64,000 nucleotides of DNA, taken from the NCBI GenBank assembly GCA_951406725.2, contig OX597819.1:67952001-68016000 (forward strand). Reading direction: 5' to 3'. The stretch is from Octopus vulgaris (Eukaryota). This document shows positions 13,664 through 27,876 of the stretch, one piece after another. The stretch's first letter is position 1; every line of letters starts with the position of its first letter. Below the pieces are notes generated by a model. The model searched no databases. It was not told the DNA's origin and worked only from the letters and a program-made list of their open reading frames with translations. The position numbers and the translations under genes were made by a program.

Positions 13664-13999
13664 ATATCAATGTATATACATATATATATATTAATGATAA
13701 TATGACAACAAAAGAATGAATTAGAGCTCGATATTATGTAAATAGAATAAGTTAACTATAAATATAATATAGGACAATCAGTTAGTTGTCATAATAAAAC
13801 TCAGAGTCTTAAATGTCGGGGCTGAAGCTTGCTCCGGCTTCACATCAGTTACTGAGATGACAACTAGCTGCTTGCCCTATATTATTTATATATATGTATG
13901 AGTGTGTGTGTGTGTGCATGTGTGTGTGTGTGTGCGTTTGTGTGTGTGTGTATGTATGTGTGTGAATATGTGTATGTATATATGACCATATGAGGAATA

Positions 14000-14270
14000 T
14001 TTTTCAGTACAATCTGCGCACTTCTTAAATCGGTGTTGCAGTGCTCTGATCCCATCGGTCAAAAATGTCAACAGCCCATATAATATCATCAGCCCCCTAA
14101 AATACGCGTTCTCAACTAAGTATTTTCCCATGCTAAAGAACATATGATAACCAGGTGGGGCCGAATCAGGAGGATACGGGTGGTGGTGGTCAACGAGTTG
14201 AAACCCACAGTCATACACAGCAGCCATTGAAACGAAGGACTTGTGTACTGGAGCAATAATTCTAATAAAG
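14000..14270 (-). mobile_element. Mariner transposase C-terminal remnant
   Basis: [22 protein letters not shown] (HPPYSPDLAPSDY motif) ... [12 protein letters not shown]. Confidence 0.8.
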
Positions 14271-14312
14271 CAACTCAGATAAACAGATAGACAAATAGAT
14301 AGAGACAGACAT

Positions 14313-14430
<118 letters not shown>

Positions 14431-14494
14431 CTTTATTGGCCACACAGGGCTGCACACAGATGGGACAAGTTACAAGGTAGAGCTTTTCTTTTGG

Positions 14495-14546
<52 letters not shown>

Positions 14547-14555
14547 GGATGGATG

Positions 14556-14631
<76 letters not shown>

Positions 14632-15519
14632 TGATGGACTACTTTCAGTCTCTCCCATACAAAAGGTATTCACAACGCTTTGATCGACACGGCAGTAAAG
14701 CAGATGGTACTTACTCAACATGCTACTCTGTAGCTCTGAATCTGAAACCAAGCGAATATAAGGCGAAATTTTCAACCAAACAACCATGTCTATAAAACAT
14801 ATAGAAACTTCTTTCGGTTTCTGTCTACCAAATCCACTCAAAAGGCCTATCTTAATTTTTCGGTGACAATGTCTTGAAGAAAACGCTGTCCAGGTAGCTT
14901 TAATCTGATTTTCCACTAGAGAACCACTTATTTATAGTTATTTTCTCTAGTATACCGTACAGCATCATGGTTTTCAGTTAATCTATTTAGTGTTAATTGG
15001 AATAAGTAACCTACATTTGAAATTTTTGTAGAATGTGATTAAAATTAATCTAAAATGTAATGAATTTTTTTCTAGCTTGGTACAGCGCGAACCATGTCTG
15101 TATGATACTTGCGATGGCTTCTGTGTGTAGAATGTAAATAAGAAAGCTCACATTTAATTCCTCAATATACACCTCAAGCGAATGTACTTATGGAAAAAAA
15201 ATGGCGCATGCTGTGATGCAAAGACTGCCCTGAGGTTTAACCACGAATATATATTTACGAATACAGTGAACTAGAAATATTTGTTTAAAAAATATATGAA
15301 TTGTTCTCAATTATGTGTATATATGTGGGTATGCCTATGTAAATATACGTACACATGAATACATACATACACGTATATGTGCGTGTGTCTGTTTGTGTGT
15401 CTACGTGTGTGTGTGTGTATTTGTTTGTATGTGAGTGTACATGTACAGTATACATTATTTATGGGCTGTTTTAAGTGTAGGAATGCAAAAAAAATTATGT
15501 ATATATATATAAACAAATA

Positions 15520-15680
15520 TAGGCACAGGTGTGATGGGTGGTAAGAAACTTCCTTCCCAACCACATGGTTCTGGGTTCAGTCCCATTGCGTGGCACCTTG
15601 TATGTGTTATACTATAGCCTCGGGCTTATCAAAGCCTTGTATATGTATTTGATAGACGGAAACTGAGAGAAGCCTGTCAT
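15520..15680 (+). mobile_element. SINE family S1, 5' half
   Basis: GGCACAGGTGTG...GTGGTAAG...GGTTCAGTCCC...GACGGAAACTGA. Confidence 0.7.
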
Positions 15681-15726
15681 GTATATATGTGTATATATAT
15701 ATATATATATACATGCAGCATGGATT

Positions 15727-15776
15727 TTTGTCAGTGAACAGGTCGCGGATTTTAGCGACGAAAATATTTTGACAAA
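15727..15776 (+). ncRNA. Minimal type I hammerhead with G3-C8 swapped core
   Basis: TTTGTCA GTGAACA G GTCGC GGATTTTA GCGAC GAAA ATAT T T TGACAAA: 7-bp stem I, 5-bp stem II, palindromic loop III. Confidence 0.7.
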
Positions 15777-15916
15777 TTAAACTTAAATGTTGAAGTGAAT
15801 CGTACGGCTTTTGTGTGTTTCTTAAATGGCTTACAAACACCTTCCTCGCTGCAATTGTTTTCGTTCCAGCACACGGTCTCAGATCAAATCACTTGCTATG
15901 CGAGTATTTCTCCGTA

Positions 15917-15952
<36 letters not shown>

Positions 15953-16336
15953 CAGGCTTCTTAAAAGTGTATTAGAATAAAAAGTCGAAGTAATTAAGTC
16001 ACTTAGTCCTTACAGGGAATTGGAACTGACGAGGTTGAGTTTACAGCCATTTATATAATAAATATTTTTATTTATTTATTTACTTATTTACTTATTTTTA
16101 ATTTTTTGATATTTGGGCTGGTCTGAGCATGACCTCTTTAATAAGAAACCATGCAATATTGCATCGAGGTTTTCTAAAGAAGTCTCACCTCGGTATGTGA
16201 TTTCCTGATTTGTTGAAATTGGTTGTAATATTTGGTGAATTGTTGTGAAAAAGTTGTTGATAAAACGTTTCGCGCGTGCTGCTTTGCTGTTCTTTTTTCC
16301 GATTTTTGGTGAAAGAAGAGACGTAGTCCCTCCGCT

Positions 16337-17277
16337 ATGGAGAGCTACGTGAAGGTCGCTGCGGCGAAAAGTGTCGCGTCACTGGTTACAAAAAATGTTA
16401 TTATTAATAAGAAAGAGGTTCTGAGGTGTGAACAGTACTTGAAAAGGGAGGGAGACAGCATTAAGCTGATCCTTCCGACAGAGTCAACAGAGGAAACGAT
16501 TGTATATAGAACACGGGCGGTGGAGATAAAGAAAATTGAATGGATAACAGAGGAAGAAATTGAAGAGTGCCTAGGAGAAGTTATGAAAAAGCAACTTATG
16601 TTGGCAGAGGGTAGAAATTCGATACGGTGGATGTGAGGTTTGCCATAAAGGAAGAGGCGGCCTCGCACTCCACCACCATCCTAAGAACGGAAAAGATTGC
16701 ATTGTTGCCCACCTACAGAGGAAGACGAAGCGTCAGAGTTAGGATTTCGAGAGTGCCACCAGAAATAAAAGCAGAATGGTTGGTTGCAGCGGTACTGGCG
16801 TCTGCAGAGGACGAACTCGAACTGGGACCAGTTGGTGAAACAAATACGTTGAACTGGTGGGGATTTGGAGTTGAAATATGGCTTGTCGCCACAATCGAAG
16901 ACATCGAGAGAATCCCCTTCCAGATCGAGGTCGAGAACGAAATGACGCTAAATGTTGTAGTGGAGGGAAGGAGACCTAACTGCTATCTATACGAAGTACG
17001 AGGACACATAAGGAACGAGTGTACCTTATATGAATTCACACAACGCGAAGAGACAGTAGAAAAGGAACAAAAGAAAGAGCAAAAGAAAGAAAAGATGCAG
17101 GAGAAAGTACAAACAGATGCAGAAAAATTAGACAAGGTCTGTACCCAGAAAGACAAAAACAACAGGAAAAGTGAAAGGAAAGAATCAAAGGAGGAGAGCG
17201 AGGGAGTTATTATCCCCAAAAGAAGAAAGAGATCGAAGACAAAAGGTGGTATTCCACCATGGCCTAACTCAAAATGA
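16337..17277 (+). pseudogene. L1/Tx1-like LINE ORF1 (gag-like), frameshifted, ORF2 absent
   Basis: MESYVKVAAA start, VRVRISRVPP motif, degenerate zinc knuckle CYLYEVRGHIRNEC, charged tail; two overlapping ORFs 16337-16636 and 16627-17277. Confidence 0.7.
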
Positions 17278-18407
17278 CTGAAACCAATTAAAGAATAAGA
17301 GAATATTATATTCATCAGGGTCGCAGTATTCTTATGAGCTAATATAAGATTATATCGCTCATGTGTGTGTGTGTATGTGTGTGTGTGTATACATAAATGA
17401 AACAAGATATTTTCATAGTCGAACGGCTTCGCTTGTGCTAACCTTGACTAAGTAGTTACTGTTAAATTTACAATTTCATACTCTCTTAAAATGTTTTTAT
17501 TTCATGTTAGTAGAAGTTAGGATGTCTTGTAAAATCCTTTCTCCTACCAACATGGAATTAAATTTGATTACGCGTCCCAAAATAGTTTTTGTGATTAGCT
17601 TTGAAGCTTACAACATAATTAAACACCAGGTTCTTAGTTGAAGCAGAATGATACTTGCTATTTAGAGTTTACTAGTGGTAATCAACCATTTTTTGCCCAT
17701 TGTTCCCTTTGTTCCCTATTTTATTGGGATGGATCTTCTTAACCATTCCATGTTTTAAAATATCCATAGTATTTTATATATAAATATTATTAGGAACTCG
17801 ATCAACAATTTTGAAATTATTTTGTGTATTCTAGAGCTACAAACAATTTATTACATATAATCTTTAATCACAGATTCTTATATGGACCCCAATTGAGAGC
17901 CACAAGTCATAAAGTATATTATCTGCCAGACGAGAGACTACGTTTAAAGATATTTATGTTCTTTATTTTTAACATTTCACTAAATGTTACAAAACTCCTC
18001 CCACAATTTTCACTACCAATTAGAGATAGTAATGATACGCTTCAATCTGTAATGGTGCCTTCATAGAGCTAATATTGTATCATTTTCTTTTTCTTTTTCT
18101 TTAGGCGACTAGCATACAGAATGCTTACCGTGCTGGGGGCAAAATTTTTTGTCGTGGTTCGTCTGTCTTTCCGTTCTGAGTTCAAATTGTGCCCAGGTCG
18201 GTTTTACCTGCCATCCCTTTGGTCCTGACCAATTTGGTACCAGTTGAACACTGGGTTATGTAATCAACCCCCTACTCCGAAAGTGCTCCCGAAATTTATG
18301 ATCTTCTTCAATATCTTATTGTTTTCTTTTTTCTTTTTGAAGGCGGTGAGCAGGCAGAACCTTTACACTATCTATCTATCCATTTGTGTTTTTGCCTGTG
18401 TTTCTGC

Positions 18408-18467
<60 letters not shown>

Positions 18468-19223
18468 ATCTATTTATTTATCTATCTATCAATATCTATC
18501 TATTTATCCATCTAACTATCTATGCATCTATCCATATGTCTGTCTGTTTGCCTGTTTCTGCCTATCTCTCTATTTATCCATCTATCTGCCTATTAATTTA
18601 TGAACCAAATGATATGTATCTACCTACCTATTTGTCTCTTAATCTATCTTTTCATACTATGTATGTGCCAATCTATTTATCTTTCCATAAACATCATCTG
18701 TATGTTTTAACTTTTCGTTTTGTTCAAATATTTCTTATAGTTTCATTCCTCATATTCTTCAGCCGTCTTTTCCATTGTTTTCCTCAGATAGATTCATCAA
18801 TCGTCTTCGAATTTTCCTGAATATTTCATTGATTTTTGCTACTACACTATTTCTTTGTATTTTCAATTTTATTTTACTTCTAGTTTTAAATTTCCTACAT
18901 ATTATTTTACTCTTTTCAGCAGTTATATATCTCTGACTTTGATGATTCTAGCTATCATCAGACATTTATTTTACCCGTAATTAAGCTTTCTTCAATACGT
19001 AGTACTACAAAACAATCTCTATGTACAATGTCACGATGTTCCTTCTCTAGATCGATGACACCAAACATTGGCAGAATTTTTACTGATTTATTTATTGTAA
19101 AGAAATATATGCAACTAACAACAGCCAAGAACGAAATTCTTCGAGGAAGAATTTTTTAATTTCTGAGGTTATGTTGGCAGATACATACTGTGGCGATGAT
19201 TACGGCATCTCTACCTATACCTA

Positions 19224-19273
<50 letters not shown>

Positions 19274-19281
<8 letters not shown>

Positions 19282-19420
19282 TTCGAAATGTATAGTATTA
19301 AATATCCATCACGGTTGATCTCATCGATCGGTTTCGCGTAAAGAAGACAATAGTTAACTTACAGATTGGTAAGATCAACCGTCATGGATATTTAATACTA
19401 TACATTTCAAATGATATATA
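19274..19420. repeat. Fold-back element with roughly 48-bp inverted arms in (TA)n
   Basis: ATCATTCGAAATGTATAGTATTAAATATCCATCACGGTTGATCT versus AGATCAACCGTCATGGATATTTAATACTATACATTTCAAATGAT. Confidence 0.75.
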
Positions 19421-19539
19421 TCCCCTCCACTGACATATATACGAGCGCATCTTTTCCCTGATTTATGGTCTCTCAGACGATTCTCTAAACGTCCTCCATA
19501 TGCTGTCAGTTCCGTCTTCCCCCTTGTCATATAGTATTA

Positions 19540-20770
19540 AATTATACACCGTATCATCGAGGGAACTGACTTTGGCTTCATCTTTACCATAAAGTTTGAG
19601 GTCATCAATGAATAAAAAATGGTTGACTTTTCGTTTGCGGCTTTTGAATACATACCCAGCTTTTGCTTTCCTCCGTATCAATGTTAGTGGTATCATGCAC
19701 AGTACAAAGGTCAGAAGGGACAGGTAGTCCCATTGGAAGAAGCTTCTTCTGATTTCTACTGTCCCTAAACTTCTTCTGTATGCTGTCAGGTCCGTCCTCC
19801 AATTCGCCATACTTTTTCCAAGCAATCGCTCAACATTCGATGTAATACCAAGTAGGTTCAGACATTCCATTATCCAAGAGTGTGAGATAATATCGTATGC
19901 CCTACGATAATCGATCCGTGACATGGTTAGGTTAGTTTTCCTCCTTTGCAGTCTTTAAGTACAATTTTGTCTACCAGGAGTTGATTCTTGGTACCTTTGC
20001 ACCTGCGCTTGCAACACTTCTACTCATGTGGCAAGAATTCATTTTTTCCAGATGTCCGTACATTGACTCTGCGAGTATTCCAGTCAATAATTTCCACATA
20101 AGTGGCAAGCAGGATATCGGCCTGCGATTATCTGACGTATTCCCTTTTTCGATCTTTTTCAAGCACAGTACTGTACTACCCATTGTCAGGGGCTGACAAA
20201 GGGTAGTACATTTTATTAGGGTGTTGAGTTGTGCAGCTATTCGTGCATGACTTTAACCAAATCTTTTCATCCAGTAGCCTTGAACTCCATCTGGTCTCGA
20301 GGCCTTCCAGTTACCCAATTGTTTTGCTGATTTCCTCAATTCCGTAACTGAAATTACTAATTCTGCCTGTTTTGGACAAACTACTGTTTGTTTCAGTTTT
20401 TGCAACCATTCAACAACCTTCTTGTGCTCCTTGTCTTTGCTCCAGATGTCACTCCAAAACCTTTGACTTTCAATGTTATCTGGTATCAACTTTTCATTTC
20501 TACACTCTCCGTTTATTTCTTTGTAGAATCTATTCTGATCTACTCTGAATAAACTATTCTGTTGGTATCCCTTCATTCTTTGGTCGTCTCTTACCATCTT
20601 TGATTTCTTTGCAAGGAGGCGCTGTTTCAGTTCCTCCATTACCACTTTCAGGGCCTTTCTTTCAATAGCATACTTCCTTTTCAGTGCCCTGTATTTGTGT
20701 TCTCTGTTAAGCCACCCTTTCTCTTTTCGGTCTAACTCAGAAATATCCTTCAAGAACATATCTAATTCCT
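19540..20770 (-). mobile_element. Degenerate R4/Dong-like reverse transcriptase, abutting (TAA)n
   Basis: [60 protein letters not shown]. Confidence 0.9.
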
Positions 20771-20810
<40 letters not shown>

Positions 20811-20816
20811 TAATAA

Positions 20817-21125
<309 letters not shown>

Positions 21126-22094
21126 CTATTATTATTTGTTGTTGCGGTGATGATGGTTGTGGCGCCAGTTTTTTTTTTAGTAAACCATTGTTAGAATTCG
21201 CTATCTTAATATGACCACTGTGTTATTGTTCTAACGATTATGATACTTGTTGGAGAGAAATGCGATTTCCATTGACTACAACGACACCAGTCGCGAAAGA
21301 AATACTTTCTTTATAATTTTTAGTGTTACATAGAACGGTCTCTAATATAGCTGACATGTTTTTTCCCCATTATAATGTTCTTCAACAGACATGGACAAAA
21401 GATATTTTTGAACTTTTTTTCGAATTTGAATTATAATAAATATATGGTAGCAGCTTAGTATTATATCAGTCCGGCTAAAAATCCAATCATATTAATTGGT
21501 CCTAATTCTTGACATTCATCACTCCATGAATCAATAAAATTCCATGAAATATAAAATTCGTAGCGTGGGTTATAGCAATCAATGAAAAGACTTCGTATCG
21601 ATAAATTTTCTAAAAATTAATATATAGGCGATAAAATCATTTCTAGTTTAGAAAATATATCTCGTATTTCGTACCTTGATTATTTTTTTCTTTTTTGCTT
21701 CAGTGTTCAGGTTTCTTTAGGATCATGTTTTTGTCAGAATTACAAAAATGACTGATAGTGCTTTCTATATGAGTATCAGACATGCTGCCTGTAAGGTAAT
21801 AATTCCGAATGACAATCTCTTCACAAAATAAATTTTCATTTTATCATAATACTCCTACGTGATGTCGAAAAAGCAAAATTATTTTGGCGGTATTTATGTC
21901 CTAAGTTCCTATTACGTTCTAAGATCAAATTCCGCCGACGTCGGCTTCACCTTTCATTCCTTCGGATCCGATAAGATAAATATCAGTTGTGTATTGGGTC
22001 GATGTAATCAACTGCCCCATTCCCGCAAAATTGCTGTCATTTATCCGAAACTAGACATAATTATCATAGTTCTATATACGACAGTGAATTTTTA

Positions 22095-22301
22095 TGCTCT
22101 AGGCATAAGGTGCGAACTTTTGGGGGAGGGGCCAGTCGATTACATCAACCCCAGTACGCAACTGGTACTTAATTTATCGACCTCTAAATGATGAAAGGCA
22201 AAGTCGACCTCGGCGGAATTTGAACTCAGAACGTAGCGACGGGCGAAATACCGCAAAACATTTCGTCCAGCGTGATAACCACTCTGCCAACTCGCCGCCT
22301 T
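22095..22301 (-). mobile_element. SINE family S2, full length
   Basis: Reverse complement of GGCGGCGAGTTGGCAG...GTTCTGAGTTCAAATTCCGCCGAGGTCGACTTTGCCTTTCATC... Confidence 0.8.
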
Positions 22302-22404
22302 AATGTACGACAGTGAGCTTGTACAATCGTCAAACTGCCGGAAAAATTCTTTGCGTTTTTTCTTCCAATTCTTTTCGTTGTGAGATCAAATCCCGCCGAG
22401 ATCA

Positions 22405-22460
<56 letters not shown>

Positions 22461-23318
22461 CACATACTTTTTCTTCCAAGCTCAATAAACAAAAGAATTA
22501 GTTTTGTGGTTGATGAAATCGGCTAAACTCCATGCTGTCATTATTGCTGGTCTTATGTTGAACAACTATTATAGCATTTACTGATTTGGTGAATTGGCGG
22601 AGCCGAGAGGGCAATTGAGAAAATAACTGACAGTCTTTCTCGTATCTAGTAACTTTTTTTTTAACAAATCGCGCCGAGGTCAACTTAGTCCTTCGTGTCA
22701 TTGGGTCGATTAAATCAAGTACCAGTCAAGCGCTGAGTGCTACTATATCAGCTAAGGCGTATCTGTAAAAGTACTAAGCTTTTACCGAATTTAGAAGCCA
22801 TATATATGAAATCATAAATTTACTTACTGACCTACAAACAGGAAATGTTTGTAAGTCAATAAACGAACAATTGTGCGATAATTCGACTTGCTAGAAATAT
22901 CTCTCTCAAATATTGCAGATATATTTCTCTCAAATCATGCCTTGTGGTAAAATGATGAACATTAGATAAATCTGAAAAATCTTCGGGGGCGAGAACGGAA
23001 CTTTTAGTTAGGAGTATTTCCCTTCGAACATACCGGATTTTGGACGGAAGTATAGTAACAACAACAATAACAGCTGTCCTTTTATTAATTAGATCCATGA
23101 ACTACACGTGTACTTCTAAAGTGCAATTTTTTAACGATTCTCCTTGATGCACTTTTGATGGTGAAATCTCCGGATAGACAATACGCTTCGGCAAAAGAAA
23201 ATAATTATCTCATCATCGTTATATATTTCTGTTGCTCTTGTTTTATATATTCCCATTTTTTAACATAGTTCACTAGTATCGACATCAGACATTCTTCGTT
23301 GAACTATTTTATCGTAAA

Positions 23319-23827
23319 CTAGCAGTATCACCCGGCGTTGCTCGGGTTTGTAAGGGAAATAACTATATAAGCATTTTTAGAGAGTTACTTCCCTTATAGA
23401 TGCCAATTCGGACTTTCTTAGCCATTTCTGTTTTGGTGTGTTCAAGCCATGAAGTCGTTGTTCTAAAAGAACGCTGGTCTCCTTGACAATGCTTTACGAC
23501 GTTGATTTCCTTACACTCCCTTCTCCACAGCTTCACGAGGGAAGAAGGGGGAGAAGCAAACAGGTGCAGGTGTGACCATGGACGCCAACTCCGCCGCCAT
23601 CGACACACGAAAAATTATGCATTAAAATGGAATAAAAAATGATGTTAAATTATTTTTAAAATCGTAGACTCATCGTAGACGCGCGCTAATACTCAGACGG
23701 GCTCGATATGAATCACGACTATAAGATACCCGAATTTGGTTAAACTGCACCGCAAAATGTGGGAGTAGTTAGGAATCTAAATCGAAGGGGACAGACACTC
23801 ACACAACTACAGTTTTATATATATAGA
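23319..23827 (-). mobile_element. Non-autonomous Helitron
   Basis: Minus strand 5' TCTATATATATAAAA; 3' hairpin CCCGAGCAACGCCGGG followed by CTAG; inserted between A and T. Confidence 0.85.
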
Positions 23828-23951
23828 TTTCACACCATTTCATCATCTATCTAAGCATCACTCTTTATATATAGTGAGGTAGCGATGCAGACAAACATAA
23901 TTCGGCTTGACACCTATATACAGACACACATACACTTATAATATATATATT

Positions 23952-24025
<74 letters not shown>

Positions 24026-24184
24026 TCATCATCATCATGGCTTCGCGAACGAACGAAGATGAGGAAGGCTGTCCACGTCGCGTGCATGCACGCTCATGAC
24101 TGATAAGTCCAACATGGGTAAGGCAGGTCTGTGGACATTATATATAGATAGATAGATATAGATACATACATATAATAATAATAA

Positions 24185-24985
24185 TAATGATGTTCGTCCT
24201 TCGGGTTCGAAGATGACCATTGACATCATTTGGTGGAATTGCTGCTATGAGACCGGAGGTGGCTGGTGAGTTTGTTTCGACCGCTTGGAAAGGATCCCCG
24301 CCAGCCGCGGTTTGCTGACCAGGGTGAGGTGAGGCAGGTTATGTTTAGGGCAACCTTTTCTAGCCCCATCCTCATGCTGCGGAACCGAGCAGAGCGATCC
24401 TGAAGAGGGCTGCTCGGTCACTCAGGAGGCTGCCGGACTCCACTGCTACCTCAGTTCAGTGAGGGGGGACCACATGTCCTGAGCTGCCTGTGCGTGGGTT
24501 CACGACTGCAGCCCCCAGTGTATCCCCACCTGCTACTTTGCCGTTTCCCCATCGCCACAGGACTTTGTGATGTTGGTGTCATGATGTCATGACGTGCGCG
24601 TGACTTGGATTATAGTGAGGGTGACTTGCGCAGGATCAGCCTCACTCTCTCGTCCGGGTGCGCCGGATCCAGTGGCAAGACAAAGTCAAGACGGCTGGGG
24701 GTAGACCAGGACGCAGGAGCTGCCGGAAGGTGGCACGCATGGCGCAATCCAACCGCCTTAGGGGCTCCACTCCGGATTTATGTAGGTTTTTGGATGGCCA
24801 TTGACTCATGAGAGAGTTCCTCTGCCCTTTGACAGGTTTTGTTTTTAGTCATGCTGGGTGTCCAAATCACCCTCCTCACCAAGAAATATTGGTGGGGTTG
24901 CCAGTTTAGTCGCCAACGACCCGACCATATAACAGGTTGTACTGGGTTACATGTTACCAGTAACTCCAAGTGGAGACCTGACACA
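24185..24985 (-). mobile_element. Internally deleted RTE-type LINE derivative (GC-rich 5' UTR joined to 3' tail)
   Basis: GC-rich block with GGCGACTAAACTGGCAACCCCA and GGGGCTAGAAAAGGTTGCCCT (RTE-like UTR, from recall), ending ATGGTCATCTTCGAACCCGAAGGACGAACATCA-(TTA)n. Confidence 0.55.
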
Positions 24986-25006
24986 AAGATACATACATAT
25001 AGACAC

Positions 25007-25069
<63 letters not shown>

Positions 25070-25367
25070 CTGTTGTGTCTGGGGAGAGTCAATCTCTTTT
25101 AGTGCCTCATTAATTAACACACTCACCGGTAAAGTTTCCACTCATTTACATATTTATTTTTCCTAAAATCTCCGTTGCGCCTTGTAACCTTTTCAATATT
25201 CTTAATTATATTAAAGGGTACACGAAGCTCCAGCTTGCTAAAAAACTTTTAAGTTAAAACTTCGAGCTTAACCAACAATCTTACTGAAAATATGTAACGG
25301 ACCAACAAATACATGTGTGTGTGTGTGTGTATGTTCTTTTTGTATGTATATATATATATATATATAT

Positions 25368-25438
<71 letters not shown>

Positions 25439-26763
25439 TAGATAGGTAGATAGATATAGATATATGTATATATGTGTGTATATATATGCACTCATAAATT
25501 ATGTATATAAATATAATTATACATATACATTTTTCTGTTTATATATGTGTGTTTGCGTTTGTGCGTGCGCGTGAGCGCGAGCGTTTATCACCTAGGAGAA
25601 CGCTACATAATTGCTTTCAGATTGAAGAGTTACAATTTATTGCAACGGAATTATGTTACGGCTTCAGAATGTATTTACTTAAGTAGCCTTCCTTACCAGT
25701 TAATGTTTCATATCATTTCAAAACACTACGCTACACTACCTTACTTTCTTTGATCTCATGTAACTTTGCCTAAACTTCATTTACTGAACGTTTTAAGACT
25801 AATTTCAATCAATAATGTCTTCAATGATATTAAAACAAGTTTTGAAGCTTTCTCAGGCCACCTGGCGGTATATTTCTTAACAGCATATCCTCGTATTCAA
25901 GGAACTCACTTTTATCAACTTGTTCCCAGCCAAGTAACAAGAAGGAAATAGATACGTAATCAAGTTAACCAATGGATATCTGATGTTCACAGAACTTTGT
26001 GTCGTGTATATATATTATGCATATTTATATATATATATATATATTTGTATGTATATGTGCGCTAAGACATGTGCACATCTCTCTCTCTGTATATATATGT
26101 ATGCGTGTGTGTATACATTTATATATATGTATATGGTATCTAAAATCTGTGTGCGTAAGCGTATATATACGTATATATGTACATATATATATGTACATAT
26201 ATGTCTGTGTACGTGTCTATACATACATACATATATACATAATTATTATTTTACATGTTGTCAAAGTTAATATATATACAGTAAATTTCAATTTCCATTC
26301 CTTTTACTATTCCACAAAAAAATCTCAAAATCATTTTCTCTTTTTTTCTTGCCTTTGTTGTGTTCTTATCTTTCCATCATACACTCTTATATTCTCTTAT
26401 GAACATTATATTTTCTTCGCCTCCATTTCTCGATTTGTTTCTCCTAATCTGATTTGTTCGTGTAAATAAAAATAAAATGAAGTTCGTCAACCGTTTCAAG
26501 TCACTTAACGGTCATTCACCCTTATACGTATCTCTGCCGGCAATCTCCGTTCCAAAAATCAGTAACTTCGTAACATCACGCGTGAGACAGGATAAATTAG
26601 TGATATTTACCTACTTCAAAGCAAATTGGAGAATTAGTGTGTGCACTATTAAGCATAACCTAACGATAAGCCGTGACGAAAAAAAACCGCGTTTTTCAAG
26701 AATTCCGCGACTATTGGAAATATATTGAAATACATTTTAAACCATTATTTAAAAAAAAAACAA

Positions 26764-27196
26764 GTATTTTTTCGGTTTGAACGGCAGTTTTTAACGTAAT
26801 TCCTAGTTAACTAAAAAATTTTAAATTTCGTATACTGGTAGAATGTGTTTATAAAACATCTTTTTCTCTCGGCTTTATTGAGAAAATTCTATAGTTTGTA
26901 AGATATTTGTTGTTTTTTTACTTCAATTTCTGCAATTTCAACCAATCACTGGCGTCTATTGAGGTAAAAAAACAGTCTGTGCCGTATGAATATGTCCCTC
27001 GTTTAAGAAACAGATTGGGTTTATTTACATTTGTGAAAAAAAAAAGATACCTTTCCCCCCACCCCTAACCCTAACCCTAACTAACCCTAACCCTAAAAAA
27101 TATTGAAATGCAATAGATCGATACTAGGGTCATAATTATGGGTGACAATTTCATATGACACCACTAGAAAAACTGCCGTTCAAACCGAAAAGATCC
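26764..27196. mobile_element. MITE with roughly 28-bp TIRs and an internal (CCCTAA)n tract
   Basis: TTTTCGGTTTGAACGGCAGTTTTT / AAAAACTGCCGTTCAAACCGAAAA; CCCTAA repeats at 27063-27096. Confidence 0.8.
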
Positions 27197-27876
27197 AAAA
27201 CTAGCACAAGGCCTGCAATTTTGGCATGAAGGTTAAGTCGATCACAAGGACTCCAGTTCTCACCTAGGAATGATATCGATGAAAAGCAAAATCGATTCAG
27301 TGGAATTTTTATTCAGAATACAAAGACGGACGAATTGTTGGTAAACATTTTGACCGGCATGCTAACACTTCTGTCTTCTCATTGTCTTCTTTCAGTGATT
27401 ATATTAGTATATAAATCCGTAAATAAGTCTGAGGTAAAATTTAGAATGCCTTGTTTGTTCTGTGCAACCTTTAAAAATATGTTTATCCGCTCTCCAGGAA
27501 TTAAGAGTTCTCATATACGAGTAATAATAAGAATGGCTGCAGTAGTCCGATATGATATGATATCTGTATCAAGTTTAGCGACAGCAGTTCGGAGAATTTG
27601 AAAATTGCAACATCGAGTGAATAATAATAATGATTAGTAGAGGGTGAGATAGAGAAAGCGAGAAAGATGCATGATTGAATAATATTACACGTCTCCCTTG
27701 AAAGAAAGATTTCGATTTGAACATACAGCGCGGAGGTTTCTATAATGTACTGAAGAACGTTATGAAAGTTAAATATACGTGTGTGTGTGTGTAACTGCGT
27801 CTACGTATGTGTCGCCATGATAGATCGTTAGCCACTACACGTTTTTTTTTTCTCTCCTTGGTTTTTTCTGTGTCCC

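Noticed and set aside
18740-18970. Minus-strand CTGAAGA..GAAAC and CTGATGA..GAAA motifs
   Set aside because: Stems I and II are too weak to support a call
22950-23180. Minus-strand HQGESL...GQL, resembling a Helitron/PIF1 helicase motif
   Set aside because: Too short and frameshifted to support
25070-25200. TTGAAAAG-GTTAC..GCAAC-G motif (relative at 44650-44780) as a U3-A8 hammerhead
   Set aside because: Both copies are damaged and no stem I/NUH could be placed
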